Shown here piece after piece: positions 39,901 to 52,076 of a DNA stretch of 64,000 nt. This DNA is from Euryarchaeota archaeon UBA62 (GTDB taxonomy: Archaea > Thermoplasmatota > Poseidoniia > Poseidoniales > Thalassarchaeaceae), in the NCBI GenBank assembly GCA_002502095.1, contig DAPJ01000005.1:15763-79762 (forward strand), read 5' to 3'. Positions within the stretch are counted from its first letter, which is position 1. Each line of letters begins with the position of its first letter. Below the pieces are notes generated by a model, which saw only the letters and a program-made list of their open reading frames with translations, did no database searches and had not been told where the DNA came from. The translations under genes were made by a program, and so were the position numbers.

Positions 39901-41705
39901 AGGGGCTGGTCACAGTTCTAGCTGGAGAAGGAGGGGCAGAGGCCGAACCGGGAGACTGGGCCTCTTTCTCTCTTGCAGTAGGAAATGACGGAAACGGCCC
40001 TACTCGATATATTGTATCATGCTCAACTGAAAATTCATGGCCAGTGAATATCTGGGATTCCCAGTCTTCAGAACTCCTTACAGATCCCATAGGTAGGTTA
40101 CTTTATACTACTCTCCCAATAAAAATTAGGGTTCCTAAATTACCGAATGGTGAGCCCGCCGCGGGAAGTATTGAGGATGTCACATGTGTGACTGAATCTG
40201 TTAACGATCCTTCGTTGAGTATTTCTGATACGGTATCTGTACTCGTACTGGCCAATGATGACTTCGGAACAGAAATATTTTCACCTTCTGGCAACCCACT
40301 AGGTCCTTTGGCATTAGCTTCCGGAAGGGCCGTCATAAACGGAGATATGGTGACTACCACATTAGAAGTCAGCAATAATGGCAATATCCCGATGACATTC
40401 GAAGTAGATGCTTTCTCTTCGCTCAACACTTGGCCAATTCAGATTATTCATGAGGAAGAGGAATCAATGGATTCTATTTCTGTTGAAATATTGTCTGGCC
40501 AAGTAGCAGTTTTCCAGATTAATACTCTGGTTCCAATGGCGGCTCAAATGGGAGATTCCAATACAATCACTACGAGAGTGACACAAATTGGAGGAGATGT
40601 GATTTCCAATGGGACCAAGCTAGTTGTCAGAGAACTGGCAGAGCTGGATATTTCTGGGGACTCCTCTATTTCCGCGGCGCCGGGACTAACAGGGGTTGCG
40701 AATATCATGATTCAGAATTCCGGCAATGTTGATTTGGTAGTGTCCCTGACTCTTGGCACCATACCTTCGGATTGGTCTGGCGGATTCATGACTGCTGGAA
40801 GTTTCGCAATGAATATGAATCAGCAGGCAGTCGTTTCTGTCGCTTTAGAGCTACCAGGTGCTATTCCAGCAGGACCTCAGGAAGAATCGATCCCTGTAAT
40901 AATTGAATTTACAACACCTGCCTTCGTGACACATTCCGAAACTGTTTGGCTAGATGTTTTGGTCTTGTCATCCGCATGGCTAGATCTTTCTGTTCCGGAT
41001 GACACCGTGGAAGATGTATCGCCCGGCAATCCCGCTACTTTCGATATAACCTTGCAGAACATTGGTAATTCTCAGACTGAAGTCTCCCTTGAGGTAGTTG
41101 GTGACGAGAATTGGAGATTTGATGTCGACCCATCATCAGCAGGGACGATAGAGCCCGGAGAATCGATTTCTATAGAGGTAGTGGCAGACCCGGGGGGGAA
41201 TGCAGAGTATGGCATTATTGAGTTGGACGTCTTTGCAAATGGTACAGGGGAAATCGAGGTTTCAACTAATGCATACCTAAAATTACAGGTTAGCAAAGCA
41301 AGGGAATCTACAGAAGGACTCATTCCTTCATGGGCCGTAGGATTAATTTTTATTGTCGTAGTTTCAGTATCTGCCATTCTGATTGTTAGGGCGAGAAGGG
41401 CTTCTTCTCTGGCGGCACGCCCCGATGAAGAACTGATTCCCCCCGGATCAGCACTGCTTACTGGCTCCACTAATGAGAGAAGGGCGGCCGCTTTGGAGAC
41501 TAGCGCTTCAGGAGAAGTCCTTACTGGAACCGTATCCGAGCAAGAACTGAATGATGCAATCTCCTCATCATCACTCCCCTCATTAACTATCGAAAAGGCC
41601 CCTGAAGGAGCCCCTCCCTTGCCACTTTCAGGCCTTCCGGAAGGATGGACAATGGAGCAATGGGCCGCTTACGGTAATATGTGGTGGGAACAGAATCGTC
41701 CGTGA
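36966..41705 (+). CDS. Giant membrane-anchored subtilisin-like protease (peptidase S8) of 1579 aa, with a long C-terminal extension
   Basis: Signal peptide. IAISDTGLDEDHGDF (Asp), HGTHVAATLLGDG (His), NGTSMATPVVAGASALV (Ser). C-terminal TM LIFIVVVSVSAILIV plus about 100-aa tail. Confidence 0.85.
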   Translation: MYARKSTFLVLTVLLFSSWSGMVSASPQGTDSIHSQDLDNYHFEKWASLEFASEHVHQIRQTSGLIHSPYGSFDPLMDDYPIFGELDTGDYSYSDRPVFVIQSDSSDISGISYSVEEVGGAILDYMPDSALLVRLPLHVNADNFLDSLANVRWSGQMPDIWRVSPEILSNINLPSSQLNLQILPANDLTIEELTSLERDLSLISNYDQSTNCDSWLCTIESIDSMWIPLLSKDWRILHIQTTSTASVYNSVAREISGVQGAYEQSSIPLDGTGEVIAISDTGLDEDHGDFDGRIRSVYSQFGPDNDNSDLLSGHGTHVAATLLGDGSGQSSALGMAPGATFHMYTHESQSGFFGIYGSLYGLFTHSWNQNARIHTNSWGTSNLGNYSQTSSNVDDFVSDYPGYMVLFSAGDIGNTNDTGITPPGTSKNALTVGASTTGSYGSEPSGSVVSFSSQGLTNDGRIKPEIVAPGVLICSARAEEATLVDGQSCSELTHDDGTTPLYVAMNGTSMATPVVAGASALVRQFLRSEGISEPRSDLIRAILINGAVDIGDSNVPNPSEGWGQLSLDNSLFPVSENGVEMDVMYDYSRELFPGHGFTYTFDVSPGAGLDATLAWNDLKGSSVANQSASRLVNDLDLSVTAPDGTIYLGNEFISGFSVSGNSIDSLNNLERVKIQDASPGTWTVRVGNSGGDTQGYSLVLSAIASEISEADLTVFEGSISTSVENPLQGDTILIEAAWGNQATATALEYDVEIHDMTTGNLLHTSRRSSIAGGGLDSLSFPYSFSSTGEHILRLSLDSSSEVFELNDEANGINNNIAEMIVQVSQIGVRITPLLESGNLPSNPLEFEDSRTRGMNPRETNSVYFPLELRNEGTSTISVQLSVSPVNIVSENGVLQPPSDEWWKILNQTGPWELGPMGSEGDRIVVELNLTAHPRSTSSSLPGEVYALPGTFVTDLNLFDVNAPTVNNVIRLEAEVDRIEGLVTVLAGEGGAEAEPGDWASFSLAVGNDGNGPTRYIVSCSTENSWPVNIWDSQSSELLTDPIGRLLYTTLPIKIRVPKLPNGEPAAGSIEDVTCVTESVNDPSLSISDTVSVLVLANDDFGTEIFSPSGNPLGPLALASGRAVINGDMVTTTLEVSNNGNIPMTFEVDAFSSLNTWPIQIIHEEEESMDSISVEILSGQVAVFQINTLVPMAAQMGDSNTITTRVTQIGGDVISNGTKLVVRELAELDISGDSSISAAPGLTGVANIMIQNSGNVDLVVSLTLGTIPSDWSGGFMTAGSFAMNMNQQAVVSVALELPGAIPAGPQEESIPVIIEFTTPAFVTHSETVWLDVLVLSSAWLDLSVPDDTVEDVSPGNPATFDITLQNIGNSQTEVSLEVVGDENWRFDVDPSSAGTIEPGESISIEVVADPGGNAEYGIIELDVFANGTGEIEVSTNAYLKLQVSKARESTEGLIPSWAVGLIFIVVVSVSAILIVRARRASSLAARPDEELIPPGSALLTGSTNERRAAALETSASGEVLTGTVSEQELNDAISSSSLPSLTIEKAPEGAPPLPLSGLPEGWTMEQWAAYGNMWWEQNRP

Positions 41706-41736
41706 GCGTTATCAGTGTTAGCCGCCTGGCATACCC

Positions 41737-42393
41737 ATGTCTGCAATCTCTAGTCAAGCACATTCCATCATACTATTCGGTCCCCCTGGGGCCGGCAAGG
41801 GAACTCAAGCAGTAAGGATTAGCCAAACTACCGGTAAGCCACAGATTTCGACTGGTGACATGCTTAGAGAAGCAGTGAGAGAGGGCACTGATCTGGGGAA
41901 TGAGGCTAAGGGATATATGAATCGTGGATTACTGGTTCCAGATTCCATAATCATCGGTCTGATATCTGAGAGGCTCAAGCGTTCAGACGCCTCAGGGGGG
42001 GTTCTCTTTGATGGATTTCCGCGAACAATCGCCCAGGCAGAGGAACTATCCGGTATAGCTGAAGTGTCAATGGTAATTATGATACAAGTTCCCGATGAAG
42101 ATATCGTCGAGAGAATAGTTGGAAGAAGAATGGACCCCGAAACAGGAGATATTTACCATATTAAATTCCGACCAGCTCCCTCCGAAATACTCCCTAGGCT
42201 CATTCAGAGAAAGGATGACAATGAGGAAACTGTAAGAAGTAGGCTTAACGCATACCATCAGCAGACAAAACCCTTGTCAGATTGGTATTCCAAACTGTCT
42301 GAAAAGACAAATTTAAGGGTAATTTCAGTAGATGGAAGAGGAAGCATAGATGAGGTTGCAGAATCAATCAACTCAGAGCTAGAGGTGTTTTGA
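41737..42393 (+). CDS. adk: Adenylate kinase
   Basis: P-loop ILFGPPGAGKGTQA. GFPRT motif. 218 aa. Confidence 0.9.
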   Translation: MSAISSQAHSIILFGPPGAGKGTQAVRISQTTGKPQISTGDMLREAVREGTDLGNEAKGYMNRGLLVPDSIIIGLISERLKRSDASGGVLFDGFPRTIAQAEELSGIAEVSMVIMIQVPDEDIVERIVGRRMDPETGDIYHIKFRPAPSEILPRLIQRKDDNEETVRSRLNAYHQQTKPLSDWYSKLSEKTNLRVISVDGRGSIDEVAESINSELEVF

Positions 42394-42711
42394 TTGTCGG
42401 GCAGGTTCCGTAGAAGGCCAAATCCGAAGAAGGCATTAGCTACGGAAGCAATTCAGGATCTACATCACGTTCTGAATGAAAGTAACGAGCAGAGTCTTTC
42501 TGATGCCTCCGCTAGATTAATTCTAAGAATCGGTAAGAAGCACGGAGCTAGAATGAAAAATTATAGCGGTATCGCAATATGCAGGTCATGTAAAGTAGCA
42601 ATGGTTCCCGGAAGGAACTCTACAGTGAGGATTCGTTCCAAGTCAATCAAGTATACATGTGGAATATGCGGTAGAACCAAAACAATGGGCCCTTCGTTCA
42701 GAGGCCGGTAG
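42394..42711 (+). CDS. rnp4: RNase P protein component 4 (Rpp21/Rpr2-like zinc-ribbon protein)
   Basis: ARLILRIGKKHGARM...ICRSCKVAMVPGRNSTVRIRSKS...YTCGICGRT matches the Rpr2 pattern (helical N-terminus plus CxxC...CxxC ribbon). 105 aa. Confidence 0.65.
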   Translation: MSGRFRRRPNPKKALATEAIQDLHHVLNESNEQSLSDASARLILRIGKKHGARMKNYSGIAICRSCKVAMVPGRNSTVRIRSKSIKYTCGICGRTKTMGPSFRGR

Positions 42712-42712
42712 T

Positions 42713-42985
42713 ATGTCTAAAATTCCAACCAGAGTATTAAGGGAGTCTTCTGATTCAGAACTCCCTATAACTGTCAGAATAGGAAAATCAGGAGTGATAG
42801 ACTCAGTGATAGGTGAGCTTAAAGATCAACTTTCAAGTAGGTCTTTAGTCAAGATTAAGCTTAACCGAGGAGTAGCAAAAGGGTCTTCCGAAAGAACGGA
42901 GATTTTTTCCACTTTAGCTACTAAAACGTCATCGGTTGTTTCATTCAGTCGAGGCAATATCGTGGTTCTTTGGTCTGGTAAATAA
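42713..42985 (+). CDS. CRS1/YhbY (CRM) domain RNA-binding protein
   Basis: ITVRIGKSGVIDSVIGELKDQLSSRSLVKIKL...GNIVVLWS resembles YhbY (VQIGKNGLTEGV...LIKVKI...GNTLVLYR). Likely start is the internal Met at about 42713; the track ORF starts at 42659. Confidence 0.6.
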   Translation: MSKIPTRVLRESSDSELPITVRIGKSGVIDSVIGELKDQLSSRSLVKIKLNRGVAKGSSERTEIFSTLATKTSSVVSFSRGNIVVLWSGK

Positions 42986-43031
42986 TCCACGCAAGTCTTG
43001 AATCTGCATCAGTGATATATTTAGGTGTAAT

Positions 43032-44588
43032 TTGTCTCGACGTGTTATGCAGCTTACAAGAGCCCTTGCAGCGACCTCTGATCCAGGAGTATGGACTCCA
43101 GCAGAAATGCCAGAATGGGCTGTCCCTGCGGCATTTGGTATTCTCACCATCGTCTACGCTCTGATAGTTTTCGAAGTAGTCCACAGGGCCCTGGCAGCTG
43201 CCGTTGGTGGAATAGTGGCAGTGATCACTCTTCATATCATTGGAAACGGCCCAGATCTAGGTACTGTGGTAACTTGGATAGATGAAGAGACAATTGGTCT
43301 ACTAATTGGGATGATGGTAATTGTTGATATCCTCGGAAAGACAGGAGTTTTCGAATGGGCTGCGGTCCAGGCATATGCGTTGAGCGGCGGGTCCATCTGG
43401 AGATTATCGATTATACTCTGTACAATAACAGCAGTTTTCTCAGCATTTTTGGATAATGTGACCACGATACTCCTAATCGTCCCCGTTACTATACAGATAG
43501 CTAAGGTTCTAAATCTAGAGCCAATACCCTTGATAATAGCGGAAGTAATGTTCTCAAATATCGGAGGAGCGGCAACACAAATTGGAGATCCTCCTAACAT
43601 AATAATCGGAGCACAACTGTCATCTCAGGCACTTTCCGACAATGTCATTCTTGCAGATCAAGGAATAGCTTTCATTGACTTCATCATCCACGTGGGACCT
43701 GCAGTAGTAATCGCTATGGCACCTTCATTCTGGCTCCTATCCAAGTTGGAATCTGAAGGCCTTTCGGGAGAGAGGCACCGCAATTTAGACCTTCTACGAC
43801 TTAGGTACAATATCAAGGATGCAGAATTATTGAAGAAATCAGGATTCATCCTGATTCTAGTTATTCTGGCGTTCTTCGCCCACTCAAGCTTTCCTCACCC
43901 TCTCTTTACAGTAGCCACCATAGCGCTTGGCGGGGCCGTCCTCATGCTGCTAGTAACCTCTCCTCATCATGTTGAAGAGCAGCTTGATGCGGTGGAGTGG
44001 ACAACCATTATTTTCTTTGCAGGTCTGTTCATTATGATTCATGGTCTAGAGTATATGGGCCTCATTGATGCAATAGCTACTGGTATTTCCGATGCTATTT
44101 CCCAAGCCTCAGAGGAAAATAGGCTGATGGTCGCCGTCCTTCTGCTCCTATGGGTATCGGCAATTGCGTCTGCCTTTATTGATAACATACCGTATACGGC
44201 AACTATGGTACCAGTAGTAATCGAGCTTGCAAGTGATCCAGAACTCAACTTACAACTAGGCCCACTGGCATGGGCACTAGCCCTTGGAGCGTGTCTGGGA
44301 GGAAACGGTACGATCATCGGCGCCTCAGCTAACGTTGTGGCGGCAGGACTGGCCGAAGAAGCAGGTCATGATATCTCATTCAATAGATTCTTCAAGACAG
44401 GTTTCCCGATAATGCTGCTAAGCGTAGCACTTGCTACTGTATATGCTGTGGTCAGGTATGCTGTAGACTGGCCAAATGAGATGGTCAAATGGGTAATCAT
44501 AGTTGCAATGATGATAGCATCACTTTCACTACTGCCATCGATTTATGGAAACGCTCCAACAGAAGGCGCGCACTATGAGGCAGAGTAG
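43032..44588 (+). CDS. Ion transporter of the ArsB/NhaD/CitMHS (IT-superfamily) permease type
   Basis: 518 aa with about 12 TM helices. Contains the typical ...IGGAATQIGDPPNIIIG... loop motif of this family. Confidence 0.55.
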   Translation: MSRRVMQLTRALAATSDPGVWTPAEMPEWAVPAAFGILTIVYALIVFEVVHRALAAAVGGIVAVITLHIIGNGPDLGTVVTWIDEETIGLLIGMMVIVDILGKTGVFEWAAVQAYALSGGSIWRLSIILCTITAVFSAFLDNVTTILLIVPVTIQIAKVLNLEPIPLIIAEVMFSNIGGAATQIGDPPNIIIGAQLSSQALSDNVILADQGIAFIDFIIHVGPAVVIAMAPSFWLLSKLESEGLSGERHRNLDLLRLRYNIKDAELLKKSGFILILVILAFFAHSSFPHPLFTVATIALGGAVLMLLVTSPHHVEEQLDAVEWTTIIFFAGLFIMIHGLEYMGLIDAIATGISDAISQASEENRLMVAVLLLLWVSAIASAFIDNIPYTATMVPVVIELASDPELNLQLGPLAWALALGACLGGNGTIIGASANVVAAGLAEEAGHDISFNRFFKTGFPIMLLSVALATVYAVVRYAVDWPNEMVKWVIIVAMMIASLSLLPSIYGNAPTEGAHYEAE

Positions 44589-44635
44589 AAGAATTACTGC
44601 GACAGCATCAAGGGATGATGCCTTAAGCCACTATT

Positions 44636-44989
44636 ATGAGGGTGTGCGAGGTATGTGGTATGGCCACTCGTTCTGGCATTTGTCTGACCTGCGGAACCGA
44701 AGAAAATGAAAAAAATATTTCTGGCGTAACAAAGAAAACACATAATCAGGAATCCCAGAAAACTACACTCCCATTCGATCTTCAAGAGTCTAACAGGAGG
44801 AAACTCGAAACTCCTGTTTTTGGACTTGAAGCCTCCCCTGAATATATTCAGACAGAGAAAAATGCAGAAAACAGTGAAAAATCAACCTTTATTGATAATA
44901 TTCCCTTTGGAATCGATGATGCTCCAAAAACGACTCTTCCAGGAGGGCTAATATTTGGACTCTCAGATACTCCAGATAGTGAAGAATAA
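44636..44989 (+). CDS. Small zinc-ribbon protein (hypothetical)
   Basis: N-terminal CEVCGMATRSGICLTCG. Low-complexity acidic C-terminus. It lies immediately upstream of the 23S rRNA leader. Confidence 0.35.
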   Translation: MRVCEVCGMATRSGICLTCGTEENEKNISGVTKKTHNQESQKTTLPFDLQESNRRKLETPVFGLEASPEYIQTEKNAENSEKSTFIDNIPFGIDDAPKTTLPGGLIFGLSDTPDSEE

Positions 44990-45269
44990 CCGTGCTACTG
45001 AGAGATGTTTTAGCCAGCTAATGAAAGCTAACTATCCCGGTTACTTCATATACCGAATGTAGGTCGCCGAGATGCTTTGTGTGCTCCTTGGTACAGTCGT
45101 GTATCAGGGTAAGAAGGTTGAGACCGCTTCGCCCTGCGGGGAGACGTAGTGGTCAGAGAAACCTGAATTGATATGCCTGGAATACCAGAGGAATCGCCTC
45201 TTCACTTGTGGAGGGGCGATTAAAACTCACACAGGTGGGTATGTGGAATCACAATGATGCTACAACCCG

Positions 45270-48138
<2,869 letters not shown>

Positions 48139-48218
48139 ATCAAGAATTCACATATTAAGCCCTGTGTGGGCCTCTGTTCAATCAAGCATATCAATTCACA
48201 CATTCGAAAGAAAGTTGT

Positions 48219-48334
48219 GCACGGCCACAGCGGAGGGGTAATACCCGGTCCCATATCGAACCCGGAAGTCAAGACCTCCTGCGTCGATTCCTGTACTGTG
48301 GTGCGAGAGCCCACGGGAACGATCGTCGCTGTGC
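48219..48334 (+). rRNA. rrf: 5S ribosomal RNA
   Basis: GCACGGCCACAGCGGAGGGGTAATACCCGGTCCCATATCGAACCCGGAAGTCAAGACCTCCTGCG...GTGCGAGAGCCCACGGGAAC...GCTGTGC. The terminal helix 5' gcacggc pairs with 3' gctgtgc. About 80 nt downstream of the 23S gene and followed by a T-rich tract. Confidence 0.85.
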
Positions 48335-48335
48335 C

Positions 48336-48352
48336 TTCTTTCTTTCTCATAA
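48336..48352 (+). terminator. T-rich tract (cttctttctttctcat) downstream of 5S, a likely archaeal oligo-T terminator
   Basis: Pyrimidine/T-rich run immediately after the 5S 3' end. Confidence 0.4.
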
Positions 48353-48427
48353 GTTCTGGAAACAGTTCTTTATCCCCGCAAAAAATTATTCATAAAGGAC
48401 CTGTGAGGAAAAATACGGAGTGGTAAA

Positions 48428-49096
48428 TTGGGAATTTCCACTGGCGATATTCTGGGTCACAGCCAAGTTGGCGTTTACTTATCTGTAATCGGTGATGTAT
48501 TATTCGTTCCAAGATCCCTTGGCGCAGAGGCCGTAGAGGAAATCGGAAGTGCTTTCGGTATCGAAACATATCCGTTCATGGTAGGAGGGTCCTCTTTGAT
48601 TGGGAGTCTTTTGAAGGGAAATAGCAAGGGTATCGCTGTAGCTGATATTGCCACAGAAGAAGACCTTGATGAGCTAACAAGCTTTGGTGACGTTGTAGTA
48701 ATGCAGAGCGGTGTAAATGCCGCAGGAAACCTAGTCGAATGCAATGAAATAGGTGCGATTGTAAGTCCAGTGGTCCCTCCAGGGAAAGACGGCGTTGAAA
48801 TGATAGGAGAAGTATTGGGTGTGAATGCAATAAGAAGTAAAGTTGCAGGACATGATACAGTAGGCAGTATGCTAGTAGCGAATTCTAACGGAGCTTTGGC
48901 TCATCCAGATATTACAACAGATGAGGCAAAGCTCATCGAGAATACCTTAGGCGTTCCAGTTATGGTGGGGACAGTCAGTTTCGGATCTCCCTTTATTGGT
49001 GCGGGTTGTGCCGCCAGCGATACCCATGCAATGGTAGGTACAGGTTCAACCGGTCCTGAGATGAATAGGATAGAAGACGCTCTGGGACTAATTTGA
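48428..49096 (+). CDS. eif6: Translation initiation factor 6 (aIF6/eIF6)
   Basis: Five-fold pseudo-repeat with GVYLSVIGD..., GNSKGIAVAD..., SGVNAAGNLV..., NSNGALAHPD..., VGTGSTGPEMNRIEDALGL. The frame opens only after the stop at 48404-48406, and the first start is TTG at 48428. Confidence 0.85.
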   Translation: MGISTGDILGHSQVGVYLSVIGDVLFVPRSLGAEAVEEIGSAFGIETYPFMVGGSSLIGSLLKGNSKGIAVADIATEEDLDELTSFGDVVVMQSGVNAAGNLVECNEIGAIVSPVVPPGKDGVEMIGEVLGVNAIRSKVAGHDTVGSMLVANSNGALAHPDITTDEAKLIENTLGVPVMVGTVSFGSPFIGAGCAASDTHAMVGTGSTGPEMNRIEDALGLI

Positions 49097-49345
49097 TCAG
49101 ATTGCCGTTGGAGCAACGTGATCATCGCCCTTTTCATCGGCTTCTCTAACTCTGTTCCAAACCGATTTCATCAATTCATCATGGCATTTATCACAATAAG
49201 TAAATCTCTTGTAAGCCTCTCTGAATGAGTATGCCTTATTCCCCGTAGCAACAAGGAATCCTTTGGGTGATAATCGACTAACCACACTTCCCTCAGAGGA
49301 GCACTGGGGAAAGTCGCATTTTACCATACATAAGCCTGCAGGCAT
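49097..49345 (-). CDS. Small Cys-rich (putative zinc-binding) protein, co-directional with the carboxylase genes upstream
   Basis: 82 aa with C6/C10/C15 and a C-terminal CDKCH cluster. Sits immediately downstream of BCCP on the same strand. Confidence 0.4.
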   Translation of the reverse strand: MPAGLCMVKCDFPQCSSEGSVVSRLSPKGFLVATGNKAYSFREAYKRFTYCDKCHDELMKSVWNRVREADEKGDDHVAPTAI

Positions 49346-49362
49346 TCTCTATTGAAACCTCT

Positions 49363-49830
49363 CTATTTAGAATCGTCAATAGCGGGTTCAATTACCATTA
49401 GAGGAGAATTTGCTTCGATGCTATCTCCTGGTTCACAATTCAACTCAGTAATTTTCCCAGAAATAGGGGCCTGAATTTCATTCTGCATCTTCATGGCTTC
49501 TAATATCATTATGACGTCCCCTTCGGAGACAAGCTCATCCTGTCTCACTGAGATGGAGATAATTTTTCCTGGGATTGATGACGACACTACTCCTGATCTC
49601 TTAGCCTTTCGAGCTCCCTTCTTTTTCCTGGGAGAGGGTGACCCGCGTTTACTGCCATCTACTTTGATAGAGAATACTCTACCTTCTACTTCGACCTTCC
49701 AAAAATCTCCTTCTTTCTCCATAGAGACTTCAAAATCTTCTCCATCGACATTTACTTTTCTTTTGTCGTTCATTAGATCACCTGGAAGAACTCCTCTTCG
49801 ATTTAGCTCTGAACAGATTCCTTCTGCCAA
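49363..49830 (-). CDS. Biotin carboxyl carrier protein (biotinyl domain subunit of acyl-CoA carboxylase / methylmalonyl-CoA decarboxylase)
   Basis: Biotinyl-lysine motif ILEAMKMQNEI inside a lipoyl/biotinyl-type hammerhead (GDVIMILEAMKM...GKITEL). The start may be the internal Met near 49773. Confidence 0.8.
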   Translation of the reverse strand: MAEGICSELNRRGVLPGDLMNDKRKVNVDGEDFEVSMEKEGDFWKVEVEGRVFSIKVDGSKRGSPSPRKKKGARKAKRSGVVSSSIPGKIISISVRQDELVSEGDVIMILEAMKMQNEIQAPISGKITELNCEPGDSIEANSPLMVIEPAIDDSK

Positions 49831-49981
49831 TAATTACTCTTCGATGGTCTCTAGCCCACTCCTTTCCCCTGTTTCTCTGTGAAGAGGGTTGGATAAAATC
49901 TCCTCCCTCCTCTTCTAGAATAACAGCAACCATCGCTACTACTTTTAATTTAAGCAATCTACTATCGTCCAAAAAAACACC

Positions 49982-51535
49982 TCAAAGCGGAATATTACCA
50001 TGTTTTCTAGCTGGCCTAACCTCTTCCTTTTCAAGCAGCGCACCGAGTGCTTTGACCATGACGATCCTCGTCTCACTTGGTTGAATTACATCATCAAGAT
50101 ATCCAAGAGAGGCAGCACGATATGGGTTTGCAAAAGTATCTTCATAGTCATCTACTAGTCTCTCCCTCTCCTGTTCAGGGTTTCCAGAAGAGGCGATCCT
50201 CCTTCTATGAATAATTTGTACCGCTCCCTCTGCTCCCATAACTGCCAGCTGTGCAGAGGGCCACGCAACGTTGTAATCTCCCCTGATGTGTTTGGACGAC
50301 ATTACATCGTAAGCGCCCCCATATGCCTTCCTGGTAATCACAGTCAATTTAGGGACCGTCGCTTCGGCATATGCATAAAGTAACTTAGCGCCATGTCTGA
50401 TTATCCCTCCCCACTCTTGGCTAGCACCTGGAAGAAAACCAGGAACATCTACAAAGGTTAGAAGAGGAATATTGAATGAATCACAAAATCTTACGAATCT
50501 AGCCGCCTTAATGGATGCATCAATATCCAAGCACCCGGCAAGAAAATTAGGCTGATTAGCAACCACTCCAATAGTATGTCCTCCTAGTCTGGCAAATCCG
50601 ACTACTATATTCATTGCATATTCTGACTGAACCTCTAAGAATGCCCCATCATCTACTGTTTCTTCTATTGCCACAATGATATCATACGGCTCTTTGGGGT
50701 TATCTGGAACTAAACTTTGCAACCTGTCACAGGCCCTATCTATCGGATCCATAGTAGGTAAAACGGGAGCTTTCTGTAGATTATTCGATGGCAACATACT
50801 AATGAGCTCCCTTGTCAACTCTAAGGCCTCTTCATCGTCATCTGCAGTAAAGTGAGTCACACCAGACTTTCTAGCATGAGTCGAAGCCCCTCCCAAGTCC
50901 TCAAAGGAAACCTCTTCGTTAGTTACTGTCTTGATTACTTCCGGTCCGGTGATGAACATATGGGAGGTCCCATCCACCATAATTACAAAATCAGTAATCG
51001 CTGGAGAGTAGACTGCTCCTCCTGCACAGGGTCCCATGATGACTGAAATTTGTGGTATGACTCCACTTGCTCTGACGTTCCTGAAGAATATTTCCGCATA
51101 AGAACCAAGACTAGCTACGCCCTCCTGTATCCTTGCACCCCCGCTGTCATTTAGTCCAATGACAGGAGATCCAGTTTTGAGGGCCATGTCAAGAATCTTG
51201 CAAATCTTCAGGCCATGCATCTCCCCGAGGGAGCCACCGTATACTGTGAAATCCTGAGCAAAGCAGTACACTGTCTTCCCTCCTATGGTGCCATGCCCAC
51301 ACACCACACCGTCCCCAGGGATTACATTCCTATCCATATCAAAGTCTCTGCATCTATGCTCTACCAACGGATCCACCTCCATGAAAGATCCATCATCTAA
51401 GAGTAGATCTAACCGCTCTCGTGCCGTTAATTTTCCCTTGGAGTGCTGTGCTGATACTCTCGCCTGACCGCCTCCTGCTATGGCTTGTGCCTTACGCCTC
51501 CGAAGCTCTTCAACGCGTACGTCATCTGCACTCAT
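49982..51535 (-). CDS. pccB: Acyl-CoA carboxylase carboxyltransferase subunit (propionyl-CoA carboxylase beta / methylmalonyl-CoA decarboxylase alpha family)
   Basis: [22 protein letters not shown]-terminus. [16 protein letters not shown] motif. 517 aa. Confidence 0.85.
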   Translation of the reverse strand: MSADDVRVEELRRRKAQAIAGGGQARVSAQHSKGKLTARERLDLLLDDGSFMEVDPLVEHRCRDFDMDRNVIPGDGVVCGHGTIGGKTVYCFAQDFTVYGGSLGEMHGLKICKILDMALKTGSPVIGLNDSGGARIQEGVASLGSYAEIFFRNVRASGVIPQISVIMGPCAGGAVYSPAITDFVIMVDGTSHMFITGPEVIKTVTNEEVSFEDLGGASTHARKSGVTHFTADDDEEALELTRELISMLPSNNLQKAPVLPTMDPIDRACDRLQSLVPDNPKEPYDIIVAIEETVDDGAFLEVQSEYAMNIVVGFARLGGHTIGVVANQPNFLAGCLDIDASIKAARFVRFCDSFNIPLLTFVDVPGFLPGASQEWGGIIRHGAKLLYAYAEATVPKLTVITRKAYGGAYDVMSSKHIRGDYNVAWPSAQLAVMGAEGAVQIIHRRRIASSGNPEQERERLVDDYEDTFANPYRAASLGYLDDVIQPSETRIVMVKALGALLEKEEVRPARKHGNIPL

Positions 51536-51638
51536 GTACCTCCATATGTTGGGACGTCAATATGTCTTACTAATGAAAACGTGAAAATATGGCCTGCGGT
51601 TGCTTCAAGGAGGGTCACCGGTTCGCCTATTCGATACT

Positions 51639-52076
51639 ATGAAGATAGTAATGGCCAAACCGGGCCTTGACGGCCATGATCGAGGTGCAAAAGTAATAGC
51701 CAGATCACTTAGAGATGGAGGTCATGAAGTCGTGTATACTGGCCTTAGGAGGACTCCTGAGGAGATTTCAAGAATTGTAATGGATGAAGACGCAAATGCT
51801 CTTGGACTCTCTACATTATCAGGAGCTCATGACGTTTTAGTGCCACGAATTTGTGAACTTCTCAGGGAGACAGGAATGGGCAATGTAATGGTTTTCCTGG
51901 GAGGGATAATACCCGATAGAGATCATGAAAGTATGTTCTCCAGTGGCGTGAGGGCAATATTTGGACCGGGATCAAGAACAGATGAAATCCTATCTTTCTT
52001 AGATGAGGCTAATTCAAGAGTGGAGTCAGGTGCCCCCATTGGAGTCGGTGATGAAGATGGGTGGCGTTGGAATTGA
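51639..52076 (+). CDS. Methylmalonyl-CoA mutase small subunit, the B12-binding domain
   Basis: MKIVMAKPGLDGHDRGAKVIARSLRDGGHEVVY contains the DxHxxG cobalamin-binding motif. About 145 aa. The track ORF starts at 51600; the internal Met is preferred. Confidence 0.85.
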   Translation: MKIVMAKPGLDGHDRGAKVIARSLRDGGHEVVYTGLRRTPEEISRIVMDEDANALGLSTLSGAHDVLVPRICELLRETGMGNVMVFLGGIIPDRDHESMFSSGVRAIFGPGSRTDEILSFLDEANSRVESGAPIGVGDEDGWRWN

